A stretch of DNA of 64,000 bases from Actinomycetes bacterium (GTDB taxonomy: Bacteria > Actinomycetota > Actinomycetes > S36-B12), in contig BJGE01000001.1 of NCBI GenBank assembly GCA_014190275.1, positions 12,289 to 76,288 on the forward strand, read 5' to 3'. The notes under the pieces are model-generated. The model searched no databases. It saw only the letters and a list, made by a program, of their open reading frames with translations, and was not told the DNA's origin. The position numbers and the translations under genes are program-made. Positions 48,062 through 58,044 of the stretch are shown here, piece after piece; the stretch's first letter is position 1; the number at the start of each line of letters is the position of its first letter.

Positions 48062-48766
48062 ATGAGCTGGCTGAAACCCTCACGAACTATCCCCGTGACC
48101 AGGTGGCGAGCCCCGTCGAGATGGCGCACCAAGCCATCCACCTTCGCCGTCCTCGTCATCGGCCTTTGGCTCTTCGGCACCGGTGACGGCATGCTGGTGG
48201 CCGCCGGTTTAGGGGTCAGCCCTTGGACGGTGCTCGCGCAAGGACTTTCAACCAAATTACCGATGTCAATTGGGCTCGCCACCTTTCTTGTCAGCGTGTT
48301 AGTGCTGCTGCTTTGGATTCCCTTACGGGAACGCCCAGGGCTTGGCACCATCTGCAATGCGATCGTCATCGCGCTCGCTTTGCAAGTGTCACTGATCTAT
48401 CTGCCGCGTCCCCAGATATTCGGTTTGCAATTGGCCGAGGTGCTAATCGGGATTGCTGCGATCGGACTCGGCAGTGGGCTCTACCTGACCACAAACCTCG
48501 GCCCGGGGCCACGAGACGGCTGGATGACCGGAATCCATCAGCGCACCGGGTGGCCCGTGCCTGCCGTGCGTTTGTCAATTGAGGTTGTGGTACTCGGCAT
48601 CGGCTGGTTGTTGGGCGGCGTCGTTGGGCTCGGTACCGTGCTATTTGCCTTACTCATCGGACCATCGGTGGGATACGGCCTGATGATCGTGGGTACTTTT
48701 GGCCGCGACCGCACGAAACCCGCGGAAAACATCAGCGAGGACGAGTTTCCAGAACTTGACGCCTAA
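48062..48766 (+). CDS. YczE/YitT-like integral membrane protein
   Basis: LFGTGDGMLVAAGLGVSPWTVL and GPGPRDGWM blocks. ATG at 48062 preferred, because the longer ORF overlaps the cupin gene. Confidence 0.62.
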   Translation: MSWLKPSRTIPVTRWRAPSRWRTKPSTFAVLVIGLWLFGTGDGMLVAAGLGVSPWTVLAQGLSTKLPMSIGLATFLVSVLVLLLWIPLRERPGLGTICNAIVIALALQVSLIYLPRPQIFGLQLAEVLIGIAAIGLGSGLYLTTNLGPGPRDGWMTGIHQRTGWPVPAVRLSIEVVVLGIGWLLGGVVGLGTVLFALLIGPSVGYGLMIVGTFGRDRTKPAENISEDEFPELDA

Positions 48767-48830
48767 ACCCCTGTGCACAACGAGGTCGTTACCCACGCAT
48801 TAGCAATGCATCAGAACGTAAACTGGTGAG

Positions 48831-49910
48831 ATGACCACGGTTCCATCTGGTAGAGTTAAGCCCGCCAAGAAGAACCCGTGGAGCAAGATCATCTTCGCTC
48901 TGGTGGGTATTGCCGTGATGGTTTTAGTCTTCGCCTTCCTCTTCCCGCAGTTCGGGGATTACCAGACAGCACTCACCAAGGTCGCTGCCATGGGGCCGTG
49001 GTGGATTGTCGCGCTAGGTGCCGCCTCGTTGGCGAATATCGTCATTTACCCATTTACCGGGATCGCTGCCATCCCTAAGCTTTCCTATCGTGCGACGTTC
49101 GTGTCGCGACAATCTGGATTCCTGCTCTCTAACGTGGTTCCCGGCGGCGGGGCAGTGGCCGTGGCAACGCAGTACGCCATCTTGGCGAAGTACGGGGTGA
49201 ACTCGGCACGCGCCGCCGCTGCCGTATCTGCCGACGCCGTGTTCACCTACTTATTCACCTTCGGGACTCCGGCCATCGCGCTGCTGCTCTTGAACATCAA
49301 TGGCCAATCAGTAACCGCCTACAACGTGCTAGCCATGGTTGGTGTGGTGATAGTCATCGTTTCCCTGATCGTCGTCATCACCATCTTGCGAAGTGAAGAT
49401 GCTGCCCGACGCATCGGTGCATTCGTAAGCAAGCCGGTCGGGGCAATCTTCACGAAGTTCAAGAAACCGGCGCCTAACATCACCGGCTCATTGGTCACGT
49501 TCCATACTCGGGCATCCCAGATGATCGCAACACGCTGGCCCCAGCTGACTATTGCCAACTTCGGCGCGCAATTGGCTCCGATCGGCGTGCTGATCGTGGC
49601 CCTAGCCGGCCTTGGCGCCTACCCGGGTGATTTGTCGTTCCTGGAGGTATTCGCAGCATTCTCGATCGCGTTGCTGCTTACCGCCGTTCCATTGACCCCG
49701 GGTGGCTTGGGCACGGTTGATGCTGCACTCGTCGCACTTCTAATTAGTTTCGGCCTTGATAGCTCGACCGCGATAGCGGCCGACCTGATCTGGCGTCTGG
49801 CTTGGTTCCTACCGCAGTTACTTGTTGGACTCGGGGCGCTCGGGCTTTACTGGTGGGACCGCCGGCGCCAGCGAAAAGGTCACCTACTTATCGACGAGAG
49901 CCTTATCTAG
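48831..49910 (+). CDS. UPF0104 / lysylphosphatidylglycerol-synthase-TM-region family membrane protein
   Basis: About 8 TM helices with the PLTPGGLGTVDAAL signature. Confidence 0.7.
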   Translation: MTTVPSGRVKPAKKNPWSKIIFALVGIAVMVLVFAFLFPQFGDYQTALTKVAAMGPWWIVALGAASLANIVIYPFTGIAAIPKLSYRATFVSRQSGFLLSNVVPGGGAVAVATQYAILAKYGVNSARAAAAVSADAVFTYLFTFGTPAIALLLLNINGQSVTAYNVLAMVGVVIVIVSLIVVITILRSEDAARRIGAFVSKPVGAIFTKFKKPAPNITGSLVTFHTRASQMIATRWPQLTIANFGAQLAPIGVLIVALAGLGAYPGDLSFLEVFAAFSIALLLTAVPLTPGGLGTVDAALVALLISFGLDSSTAIAADLIWRLAWFLPQLLVGLGALGLYWWDRRRQRKGHLLIDESLI

Positions 49911-51285
49911 ATCCAGGTTTACTGTTACGGGCGGTACCACTCTTTGCGGCTTTGCGATGCCCACCAGATTTCCCACCCGGCCGCGCGCCTGACGGGTGGC
50001 CGGTGGCGTGTTGGCGTGGGCCGCGTTGTCCGCGCGGGCCACCACGGCCTTGGCGAAATGCCGGCTTGGCCGGCTTCTCTTTCGGGGGGAACCACGCGAT
50101 GCCCGATGGCTCTTGCGCACCCGTGATCGAGATCAACTGGGCATCACCTGGACGTACTCGAGCCACCGCCGGCTTCACGCCGGCCTTGGAAGTCAGCGCA
50201 CTGATGTGACGCTGCTGCCGCGGTGAACCCAAGGTGACCACCGTGCCGGATTCACCAGCGCGCGCGGTGCGGCCGGCGCGGTGCAGGTAATCCTTGGGAT
50301 CATTAGGAGCATCCACGTGGACAACCAAACTGATGCCGTCCACGTGGATGCCGCGGGCAGCGACATCTGTGGCAATGAGTGCTGGCGTGATTCCGGCACG
50401 GAAATCAGCCAAGGTTCGTGTACGCACCGCCTGCGATTTACCACCGTGCAGCGCACCAGCAGCAACACCCTTAGACGTCATGTAGTCGGCGAGACGGTCA
50501 ACACCGGCTTGGGTGCGGACGAAGAATATGGTGCGACCGTCACGGGCACCGATTTGCGTGACAACTTCATTCTTGTCAGCCGGGTGCACTAGCAGGACGT
50601 GATGATCCATGGTGTCTATCGATGCTTGAACTGGTGATAGCGAATGCCGGACCGGATCCTTCATGTAACGCTTGATCAACGCATCGACATCGCCATCCAA
50701 GGTCGCGCTGAAAAGTAGACGTTGGCTACCCCGGCCGGTGAGGTCAAGGATTTCACGAACGATCGGCATGAAGCCCATGTCGGCCATCTGGTCTGCTTCG
50801 TCAAGTACCGTGAACGTGACTTTCGAGAGGTCGACCGAACCTCGGTTGACCAGATCTACCAGGCGCCCCGGGGTGGCCACCAGATAATGGACGCCCCGGT
50901 CAAGTGCCTGAATCTGCTTGACGTAAGGCATGCCGCCGGCGATCAACCGCCCGCGGACCCCGCAGGCATCCGAAAGCGGCTGCAAAGCATCGCTGACCTG
51001 CATGGCGAGTTCGCGAGTCGGCACCAAGATCAACCCAAAGGGCTGGCGGGGCTCGGCGCGACGGCCACCGAGCTTGGTCAGCATCGCGAGGCCGAAGGCG
51101 AGGGTCTTGCCGGATCCGGTCTGGGCTCGGGCTAGCACATCATGACCGGCAACCGAATCAGGAATCGTCGCCGCCTGAATCGGGAATGGCTCCTTGATAC
51201 CGGAACGTTTGAGCACGTCAACCAGAACGGAAGCAATGCCCAAATCGGAAAATTGCACAGCACTCTTCGAAGATTTCGAACTCAT
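49903..51285 (-). CDS. DEAD-box ATP-dependent RNA helicase with Arg/Gly/Pro-rich basic tail
   Basis: Q-motif region, AQTGSGKT, DEAD, SAT, HRAGRTAR. ATG at 51285 preferred. Confidence 0.93.
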   Translation of the reverse strand: MSSKSSKSAVQFSDLGIASVLVDVLKRSGIKEPFPIQAATIPDSVAGHDVLARAQTGSGKTLAFGLAMLTKLGGRRAEPRQPFGLILVPTRELAMQVSDALQPLSDACGVRGRLIAGGMPYVKQIQALDRGVHYLVATPGRLVDLVNRGSVDLSKVTFTVLDEADQMADMGFMPIVREILDLTGRGSQRLLFSATLDGDVDALIKRYMKDPVRHSLSPVQASIDTMDHHVLLVHPADKNEVVTQIGARDGRTIFFVRTQAGVDRLADYMTSKGVAAGALHGGKSQAVRTRTLADFRAGITPALIATDVAARGIHVDGISLVVHVDAPNDPKDYLHRAGRTARAGESGTVVTLGSPRQQRHISALTSKAGVKPAVARVRPGDAQLISITGAQEPSGIAWFPPKEKPAKPAFRQGRGGPRGQRGPRQHATGHPSGARPGGKSGGHRKAAKSGTARNSKPGSR

Positions 51286-51423
51286 TAAAAATATCCAATC
51301 AAGACGACAAGCGCGTCTCGATTGTGGTCCGGAATCGACCTCGATGGTGCCAAGACTCGCGTGCAGATGTATTGCGGGCTTCACAATCTACGCCATTGCG
51401 CCGAAAACACGAAATCCGCTGAA

Positions 51424-52941
51424 TCAACTGGCGTGGTGCACCTTGCTACCCCCATCAGCCACCGGTACCAGTGCCGGATCAACAACGCACGGCTTGCGGC
51501 GCCAAAACGGTGAGTCCGACACGCGCGAGGCCACCATGAAGATAATCCCCATCAAGAAGATGAAGGCACCGATCACCAGTGGTGGGCCCACTCCGAACCA
51601 GGATTCACCGGTCGCGGAGTTCGTCGGGTCCGCCATACTCAGCCCGGACAACACCAATAGAGCCAACAGCATAATTGAGCCAATGACCGGCCCAACGCCA
51701 ATTAAGAAGAAGGCTCGGCGATTATGCAGCACTTGGCGGCGGTAGTACACGGCGCAAGCAAATCCGGTGAGCGAGTAGTAAAAGGCAATCAGCATGGAAA
51801 GTGCGGTCACGGAGTCAATTAGCGCATTCGTGCTGATGAGATTAACTCCGACGTACCAAACGATTGCAATCGTCGCAACCCACCAGGTCGACACACTCGG
51901 AGTTTGGCGCGTCGCGGAAATCTTGCCGAAATATCTCGGGATGGCTTGATTGCGGGCCATCGAAAGCGCAGTGCGCGAGGCCGGGATGATCGTGGTCTGA
52001 GTGGACGCCAATGCCGATGTTGCGACCGCTGCTAGGACAATCCACTTCCAGCCACCTAGGGCATCACCGGCAACAGTGGCAAAAATCATTTCCTGCTGAT
52101 CGGAGTGCGCTGCTAGCAAACTCGGACCGAGGAATGCCAATACGGCGATGGCCGTCGCGACATAAGTGACAAGTAAAATCCCCGTTGACGCCAACCCGGC
52201 AAGGCCGGGAATTCGCGACGAATCTTTCGTCTCCTCACTTAGGTTAAAAGCTGACTCCCAACCCCAATAAGCAAAAACCCCTATTAGCAGTCCACCGGTG
52301 AGCGCACCGGAGCCTTGCCCGAAGGGATTGAGCCAGGACCACTCCGGCAACGGAGCACCCGGTATACCCGAACCGGTGAACGCCCGGATCAGCGCGACTG
52401 CGACCAGAATTAGCAGTCCGGCGATCTGCGCAAGCACCAAGACATTTTGCAGTTTCGAGGTCGCTTCCGTTCCAACTACGCAAATCCAGGTCATGAAGAT
52501 TATGACGACCACCGCGATACCCATTACCAGATATCGATTTTGGGCCATCTCATCCTGACCGAACATCAATAAGGTGAAACGAACTGCGACATCAGCGAGT
52601 GAGCCGACAACTAGCACTCCGGTCATCGCGATGGCCCAACCACCCAACCACCCCATCCACGGACCCATGGCCCGCGCAACCCACGAGAATGTAGTTCCGC
52701 AGTCCTGATCAACTTTGTTCAAGTAGTTAAATGCTGAGGCAATCAGCAGCATTGGCACGAAGGATGCGATTAGCACGCCGGGTGCACTGACACCGACCAA
52801 CACGACAATCGGTCCAAGTACTGCAGCAAGTGAATAGGCCGGAGAAGTGGAATTCAAGCCAATCGCCAGTGCATCCACGAAGGTCAGCGAATTGGCCTTG
52901 AGCCTGGGCTGAGCCGGGGTAGTTGCAGTTTCGGATGTCAC
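51424..52941 (-). CDS. APC superfamily amino acid/polyamine permease
   Basis: About 12 TM helices and an APC-type pattern. Confidence 0.88.
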   Translation of the reverse strand: MTSETATTPAQPRLKANSLTFVDALAIGLNSTSPAYSLAAVLGPIVVLVGVSAPGVLIASFVPMLLIASAFNYLNKVDQDCGTTFSWVARAMGPWMGWLGGWAIAMTGVLVVGSLADVAVRFTLLMFGQDEMAQNRYLVMGIAVVVIIFMTWICVVGTEATSKLQNVLVLAQIAGLLILVAVALIRAFTGSGIPGAPLPEWSWLNPFGQGSGALTGGLLIGVFAYWGWESAFNLSEETKDSSRIPGLAGLASTGILLVTYVATAIAVLAFLGPSLLAAHSDQQEMIFATVAGDALGGWKWIVLAAVATSALASTQTTIIPASRTALSMARNQAIPRYFGKISATRQTPSVSTWWVATIAIVWYVGVNLISTNALIDSVTALSMLIAFYYSLTGFACAVYYRRQVLHNRRAFFLIGVGPVIGSIMLLALLVLSGLSMADPTNSATGESWFGVGPPLVIGAFIFLMGIIFMVASRVSDSPFWRRKPCVVDPALVPVADGGSKVHHAS

Positions 52942-52958
52942 GGTGAAACGCTATCCCC

Positions 52959-53549
52959 ATGACGGGCAACATCTGGCTGATTAGACATGGTGAGACCCAA
53001 TGGAGTCGTGACCTGCGCCACACCGGACGCACCGACATTCCGCTCACCGCGCTCGGCGAAGACCAAGCTCGAACTGTCGGCCAAGAGTTAGCTGGTATCA
53101 CCCCCAGTTTGGTGCTGTGCAGTCCACTGTCTCGAAGCCGGCACACCGCCGAGCTTGCCGGCCTGCACCCGGATGAATTCACCGAGGATCTCCTCGAATG
53201 GGATTACGGTTCCTGGGAGGGCCGGACCACCAAGGAAATCCGCGCTGCAGTGGGTGATCCGAGTTGGGTGATTTGGCACCACCCGGTGACACCGGGCGAA
53301 ACCCCGGGCGAACAACTAGGCGATGTCGCCAAGAGAACCGCCCGCGTTATCAACAAGTGTCAGCCGGTGGTGTCCGCGGGTATGGACTGCGTGCTCGTCG
53401 CGCACGGGCATGTCCTGCGCATCCTGACCGCGACCTGGTTGGGCTTACCGCCCATAGACGGCCGCCTTTTCGCACTGGATCCGGCCCGGCTGTCCGCCCT
53501 CGGGTTTGAGCACGAGCAGCAGGTGATCCGGCAATGGAATGCCGAATAA
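52959..53549 (+). CDS. histidine phosphatase (phosphoglycerate mutase-like) family protein
   Basis: RHGET catalytic motif and a downstream HG. Confidence 0.88.
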   Translation: MTGNIWLIRHGETQWSRDLRHTGRTDIPLTALGEDQARTVGQELAGITPSLVLCSPLSRSRHTAELAGLHPDEFTEDLLEWDYGSWEGRTTKEIRAAVGDPSWVIWHHPVTPGETPGEQLGDVAKRTARVINKCQPVVSAGMDCVLVAHGHVLRILTATWLGLPPIDGRLFALDPARLSALGFEHEQQVIRQWNAE

Positions 53550-53594
53550 CCTGCCTGGGCCTCACGCACTAACGACACAAAGTACGCTGAGTTC

Positions 53595-53786
53595 GTGGAT
53601 CAGGTGACCCGTAGGCAATTGCGTTTTTCCCTCTTCCTGCAGGGTTTTGCAGCCTTCATGATCGCCCTTGCTCTTGGTGTCCGACTCGTGAATCAGCTGT
53701 TCGATTTCTGGACTCTCTTGTTCATCATCGCGCTCGCGATTGTCATAGCGGCATTTATTTTCACCCAACGCAAGTTGCGGAGTTGA
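53595..53786 (+). CDS. hypothetical small two-TM membrane protein
   Basis: 63 aa with two hydrophobic helices. Its stop lies within a few nt of the next gene's start (it overlaps the alternative TTG at 53783). No family recognised. Confidence 0.4.
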   Translation: MDQVTRRQLRFSLFLQGFAAFMIALALGVRLVNQLFDFWTLLFIIALAIVIAAFIFTQRKLRS

Positions 53787-53791
53787 GCGGC

Positions 53792-54244
53792 ATGGGCGAA
53801 AGAATTGGTCTCACCCTGCGCTCGGGGCCGTGGGACGAGGCTAAAATCCGCTCTTATCTCAACACCACTTGTATCCCGATAAGACTCGCGTCCTCCGGAC
53901 AAGTCAGCCCGATGGTGCAATCACTTTGGTATCTGTTCGACGATGATGCCCTTTGGTGCTGCACCCAGGCTGACTCCGTAGTAGCCAAACGCCTCCGCAA
54001 GAACCCAAATTGTGGATTCGAGATATCTGCGGACCAACCGCCTTACCGGGGTGTTCGGGGCACCGGCCTCGCCCATCTCATTGCTCCTGAGGCCGCCGGT
54101 CTGCTGCCGAAACTCTTCGAGCGTTATTCAATTTCGAGTGATTCGCAACTTGCTACGTGGCTGCTTTCACGCGTCGACCAGGAAGTCGCAATCCGAATTG
54201 ACCACCTAAAGATCACCTCTTGGGATTACTCCAACCGAATGTGA
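53792..54244 (+). CDS. pyridoxamine 5'-phosphate oxidase-like (split beta-barrel) family protein
   Basis: Pattern ...LWYLFDDDALWCCT...NPNCGFEIS...YRGVRGTG typical of PNPOx-like barrels. ATG at 53792 preferred over TTG at 53783. Confidence 0.58.
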   Translation: MGERIGLTLRSGPWDEAKIRSYLNTTCIPIRLASSGQVSPMVQSLWYLFDDDALWCCTQADSVVAKRLRKNPNCGFEISADQPPYRGVRGTGLAHLIAPEAAGLLPKLFERYSISSDSQLATWLLSRVDQEVAIRIDHLKITSWDYSNRM

Positions 54245-54297
54245 CCACTTAGCATCGGATACCGACGCGGCGACTGCCAATTGGTAGACCTACTTGG

Positions 54298-55068
54298 CTA
54301 GGGGCGAGCGCTGAGCCCACCGTCAAGCACCAGTACCTGCCCGGTCATAAATGAGGATGCGTCACTTGCCAAGAAAAGCGCGCCTTCGGCGATCTCCTCG
54401 GACCTGCCCCACCGCCCCATCGGCACTTGACTCAGCAGCCCTTGCTCGATGGCGTCTTCGGACCTTAGGAAACCCGTGAGGTCGGTTTCAATCCAGCCGG
54501 GCACCAAGGCGTTGACCCGCACCCCTTGGGTTGCTACCTCAATAGCCAGGCTTTGCGTCAGTGAGATCAAGGCGGCTTTGGCGGCTCCGTAGTGTGACAT
54601 TAAGGGCGCGCCGCGCAGGCCGGCGACCGAGGAGACGTTGATGATTGACGCGTTTCCACTCTCCATCAGTACCGGGAGAGCGGCTTGGATTAGCAGCACA
54701 ATTGAATCGACATTAAGTGCCATTGTCTTTTGCCAGCCACTGAATTTCATCGATTGCAGGGCTACTGAAAAACTGTTGCCGCCCGCGTTGTTGACCAAAA
54801 TATCAAGTCCGCCAAGACCAGTTACCGCCTGCTCGACAATGCTTGCTGCCGCCCCATCTTTGGTTACGTCAGCCGGTATGACCACGCATGCTCGCCCTAG
54901 CGCAGTTATCTCACCCTGCAGTTCGAGCAGTGCTTCCTCATTGCGGGCCGCAATGGCAACATCTGCCCCAGCCCGCGCGTAATACAACGCGATATCACGG
55001 CCGATTCCACGCGAAGCTCCGGTGACAAGGGCGCGCTTACCTCGCAAATATCCGGCTGACGGATCCAT
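54298..55068 (-). CDS. SDR family oxidoreductase
   Basis: TGASRGIG, NNAG, and S...YGAAK catalytic motifs. ATG at 55068 preferred. Confidence 0.92.
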   Translation of the reverse strand: MDPSAGYLRGKRALVTGASRGIGRDIALYYARAGADVAIAARNEEALLELQGEITALGRACVVIPADVTKDGAAASIVEQAVTGLGGLDILVNNAGGNSFSVALQSMKFSGWQKTMALNVDSIVLLIQAALPVLMESGNASIINVSSVAGLRGAPLMSHYGAAKAALISLTQSLAIEVATQGVRVNALVPGWIETDLTGFLRSEDAIEQGLLSQVPMGRWGRSEEIAEGALFLASDASSFMTGQVLVLDGGLSARP

Positions 55069-55291
55069 GCGACTCCTTCTGGTAGGTACCTGCGCAGACG
55101 AGACTCTACCTCGCTGGGCTGCCGACGTGGCAATCACAACGCTCACTCGCCGGGAAACTCCCGAGTACCTCTTCAACGTGGTCACCGCAGCCGGTATAGG
55201 TGATCTTCAAGCAATTCTGGCAAATCGCCGGGCTACACACGGACAGACTCCAGTTCAATAGTTGGGGTCGCTGACATTAACATGGCACTCA

Positions 55292-55606
55292 TCAGGCCAG
55301 TATCAGGAAAAGGCGCTGAAGTTGGGCCGACACCGCATCGGCATCAGCGCGATCTTCTTGTATGCATTCCTTGAGGCTCGATGAAATCAGGGTGAAGGCC
55401 GCGGTATCTATGGCCTTACTTACCGCTGAGATTTGCGTTATTACTTCCTCGCAACTTCGGCCACCTTCCAGCATCTTCACAATGCCGCCTAGTTGGCCCT
55501 GGGCCCGCGACAGGCGCTTGGTGATCTCCGCAAGGCGCTCTTGGTCAGACAGCACATGGGCTATCGGTGCCGGCGTCTTCTTCATAGCTACCGCCTTGGT
55601 CGCCAT
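55292..55606 (-). CDS. CsoR/RcnR/FrmR (DUF156) family metal- or thiol-sensing repressor, Cys-x-Cys type
   Basis: KRLSRAQGQLGGIVKML...C52...S77...C81, the all-helical DUF156 pattern. Confidence 0.85.
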   Translation of the reverse strand: MATKAVAMKKTPAPIAHVLSDQERLAEITKRLSRAQGQLGGIVKMLEGGRSCEEVITQISAVSKAIDTAAFTLISSSLKECIQEDRADADAVSAQLQRLFLILA

Positions 55607-55644
55607 CTTGCCTCCTAAGGTACGTGATCGTATTTCCCTATCAG

Positions 55645-55662
55645 TATACCCCTTGGGGTATA
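55645..55662. promoter_or_regulatory. 8-2-8 inverted repeat TATACCCC-TT-GGGGTATA, probable CsoR-family operator
   Basis: Read directly. Lies 39-56 nt upstream of the regulator's start codon. It has the G/C-tract-flanked-by-AT architecture typical of CsoR/RcnR operators. Confidence 0.6.
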
Positions 55663-55685
55663 ACCTAGGCTTATAGCAGAGGCAA

Positions 55686-56651
55686 CTAGTCGACCGGTTG
55701 GTGTTTCACGTAGGCCGACTCCAGCTCACTGCGCAAGAACTCGCCAAACACCAACGGTGGATAGGCGGGCAATTCACCGGGAGCCACACAAGTTGGCAGC
55801 GGATCGATCACGGTGCGGACATGCGGATCAAAGAAGAATGGCACCGAGTACCGCTCCCGACCGCTGCGATTAGTGACCCGATGCGGGGTGGAAAGGAGTA
55901 ACCCGTTACTCCACCTGCTGAGCATGTCGCCGACATTCATCACGAAAGTATCCGGCATGGGAGCCACATCAGCCCATTGACCGTCTGTCGTGCGAACGCT
56001 TAGCCCACCCACCTCGTCCTGCGCTAACAAGGTGATGGCACCGAAATCTCGGTGCGGTGCTGACCCGTATTCATCCGCCGGGGCCGTAGCCTCCTGCGGT
56101 GGGTAGTGCAATAGGCGCAGCCAAGTGGTCGGTGAGTCAAAGGATGCAGCCAGTCGACCATCATCGCCTAAGGCTGAAGCAATAATGCCGATGATCGAGC
56201 GAGCGAATTTGCTCATAGCATCGTGGTACTCACTAAGTGTCTCTTTGAATCCGGCCAGATCCATGGGCCATTGGTTAGCCCCTGACAAATACACCCCGGT
56301 AACCACATCATGATGGTCTGGACCAAGCTCCCGCATCATCATGAACGATTCGCTCTGATTCGGCTTGGTAATTTTTTCCAGGCTAGAGTTCACATCCGTG
56401 GATGCCTTGAACGGTATGTACCCACGATGTTGCGAATTGAGTTCGATCGCACGCTTGCGCACCATTGGCAGAGCATGGAAGTTGCGCGCTTGCTCGAAGA
56501 CCGCGCCCACGAGGTCCAAGGAAATCGGGTGATTCACCACGTAGCCGAAACCAACGCGGCTATATGCCTCGACTACCGCTTGGCCGATTCGGCTGTCGGC
56601 TTGCGGAGATAACCCAAGATCACTCAGATCGATTACGGGAATATCAGGCAC
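55686..56651 (-). CDS. 2-oxoglutarate/Fe(II)-dependent oxygenase (isopenicillin N synthase-like family)
   Basis: DIOX_N region plus the HRD...H facial triad (APHRDFG ... STPHRV) and RYS. Confidence 0.85.
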   Translation of the reverse strand: MPDIPVIDLSDLGLSPQADSRIGQAVVEAYSRVGFGYVVNHPISLDLVGAVFEQARNFHALPMVRKRAIELNSQHRGYIPFKASTDVNSSLEKITKPNQSESFMMMRELGPDHHDVVTGVYLSGANQWPMDLAGFKETLSEYHDAMSKFARSIIGIIASALGDDGRLAASFDSPTTWLRLLHYPPQEATAPADEYGSAPHRDFGAITLLAQDEVGGLSVRTTDGQWADVAPMPDTFVMNVGDMLSRWSNGLLLSTPHRVTNRSGRERYSVPFFFDPHVRTVIDPLPTCVAPGELPAYPPLVFGEFLRSELESAYVKHQPVD

Positions 56652-56725
56652 AGGCTGATTGTGCCATCAACGCGGTCCCGAGGCCGACGCTTCGTCCATG
56701 GGAGCCAAACTGCGGCTTACCCTCA

Positions 56726-57838
56726 TCACGTGCCTGTCGCCACGAGTTTGCCGGGCAGGGAGACCTCAAGCAGTTGAGCATCAGCCGAGATGTCTTTTAA
56801 TGCATGGCACTGATCGGCTGGCATCACGAATGAATCCCCTGCTTCCAAGATTCGATCAGCCTGCCCGGGGATTACCAAGGTAGTAGCACCCTCCATGATG
56901 AAAGTGAAGAAGAATTCGTTTTCGACCACCGACATCGGAGTTTGGACCGCAGTGATTGGCCGAACTACGCGCGCACCTGCTAGCCCAGATGTCGCCTCGG
57001 CGATACCAAGGTCGCGATATTCAAAACCGTCGTACCGCCACGGGAGCCAGGTGGCAGATTCGGCTTGATGGCGCACGAATAATTGGCCCGCAAAATCTCT
57101 ATCTGGTAGAAATTGCGGGGTCGGTAAAGTTATTACCTGCTCGGCGAGTGTCGCGTGCTCGGCCGGGCATCCTATTTCGATTACCTCTAGGCCGGGTGAA
57201 CTCTCAAGTACGCGATGGCGGATCTCTGGCGGTTGCAAAACGCAATCGCCAGCCTGCAAAATAAATGGTTCACCTTGATCCTCATAGACAACTTTCACCC
57301 ACCCGCGATAGCAGAAGATCATCTGGAAACGCACTTTGTGGAAGTGCACATAGTCGGGTACCGGGCCACCATCTGGAATTCGGATATGTGATGAAATGAA
57401 GCGGCCACCTTGGCGGTTAGGGTCAAGGTCGCGGTATTGCATACCCGCGCGACCCGTCCCCCACTTGGCATTTCCCGAAATGGTGCTGACCACGAGCGAC
57501 TGCGATACCGGCGGGATCACCACTACCGGGTCGGCTGCGACCAGCTCAACCAGCGTGCCGTTCGGTGCCGTGAGGGTGACCTCCCCATCAAAGAGGGACG
57601 CTGGATCCGAACAAAACAATTGAACATGACTTGGTGTGCACCTGCCGCTGACCACTTGCAATTTCAGACGCAGGCCGAAACCAAAGACAACCACCATCAC
57701 CGGATTGTCGGCGGGAGAGATCACCTCAAGTCGAAATCCCAACCTGTCGACGAAGAAGGCCAGAGTTTCATCAAGTTCATTGCAATCAAGCACCACTAAT
57801 GCGGAGTTCGTAATACCGCTCACGGGCGCCCAAGTCAT
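56726..57838 (-). CDS. VOC(glyoxalase-like)-bicupin fusion protein, function unknown
   Basis: N-terminal VOC-like LDETLAFFVDRLGFRLE, then two cupin barrels (DYVHFHKVRFQMIFCYRGWVKVVYED; FFFTFIMEGATTLVIPG). Confidence 0.62.
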   Translation of the reverse strand: MTWAPVSGITNSALVVLDCNELDETLAFFVDRLGFRLEVISPADNPVMVVVFGFGLRLKLQVVSGRCTPSHVQLFCSDPASLFDGEVTLTAPNGTLVELVAADPVVVIPPVSQSLVVSTISGNAKWGTGRAGMQYRDLDPNRQGGRFISSHIRIPDGGPVPDYVHFHKVRFQMIFCYRGWVKVVYEDQGEPFILQAGDCVLQPPEIRHRVLESSPGLEVIEIGCPAEHATLAEQVITLPTPQFLPDRDFAGQLFVRHQAESATWLPWRYDGFEYRDLGIAEATSGLAGARVVRPITAVQTPMSVVENEFFFTFIMEGATTLVIPGQADRILEAGDSFVMPADQCHALKDISADAQLLEVSLPGKLVATGT

Positions 57839-58044
57839 GGCCTGAGTTTATTACAGGCACCCGAGGATGAAACTCCTCCTCCCTGGGCCTGGGGAAAGCC
57901 TCACCTTTTGGCCACCGGAGCGAGATTTCCGTTAGAACTTGATAAATATTGAAACTTTATCCAAGTGCACCCCGTCAGAGCGTCTAGTGCCAACTTGTAT
58001 TCAAGTAAGCCTCGCATGGGCTTACCCAACTTAAGGAAGTCTCG

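Noticed and set aside
57982-57994. DasR-responsive-element-like site (GTCTAG core in GCGTCTAGTGCCA) upstream of the GH18 gene.
   Set aside because: Only the 6-bp core matches the 16-bp dre consensus as I remember it, and the flanks need an indel. This is too weak to call.
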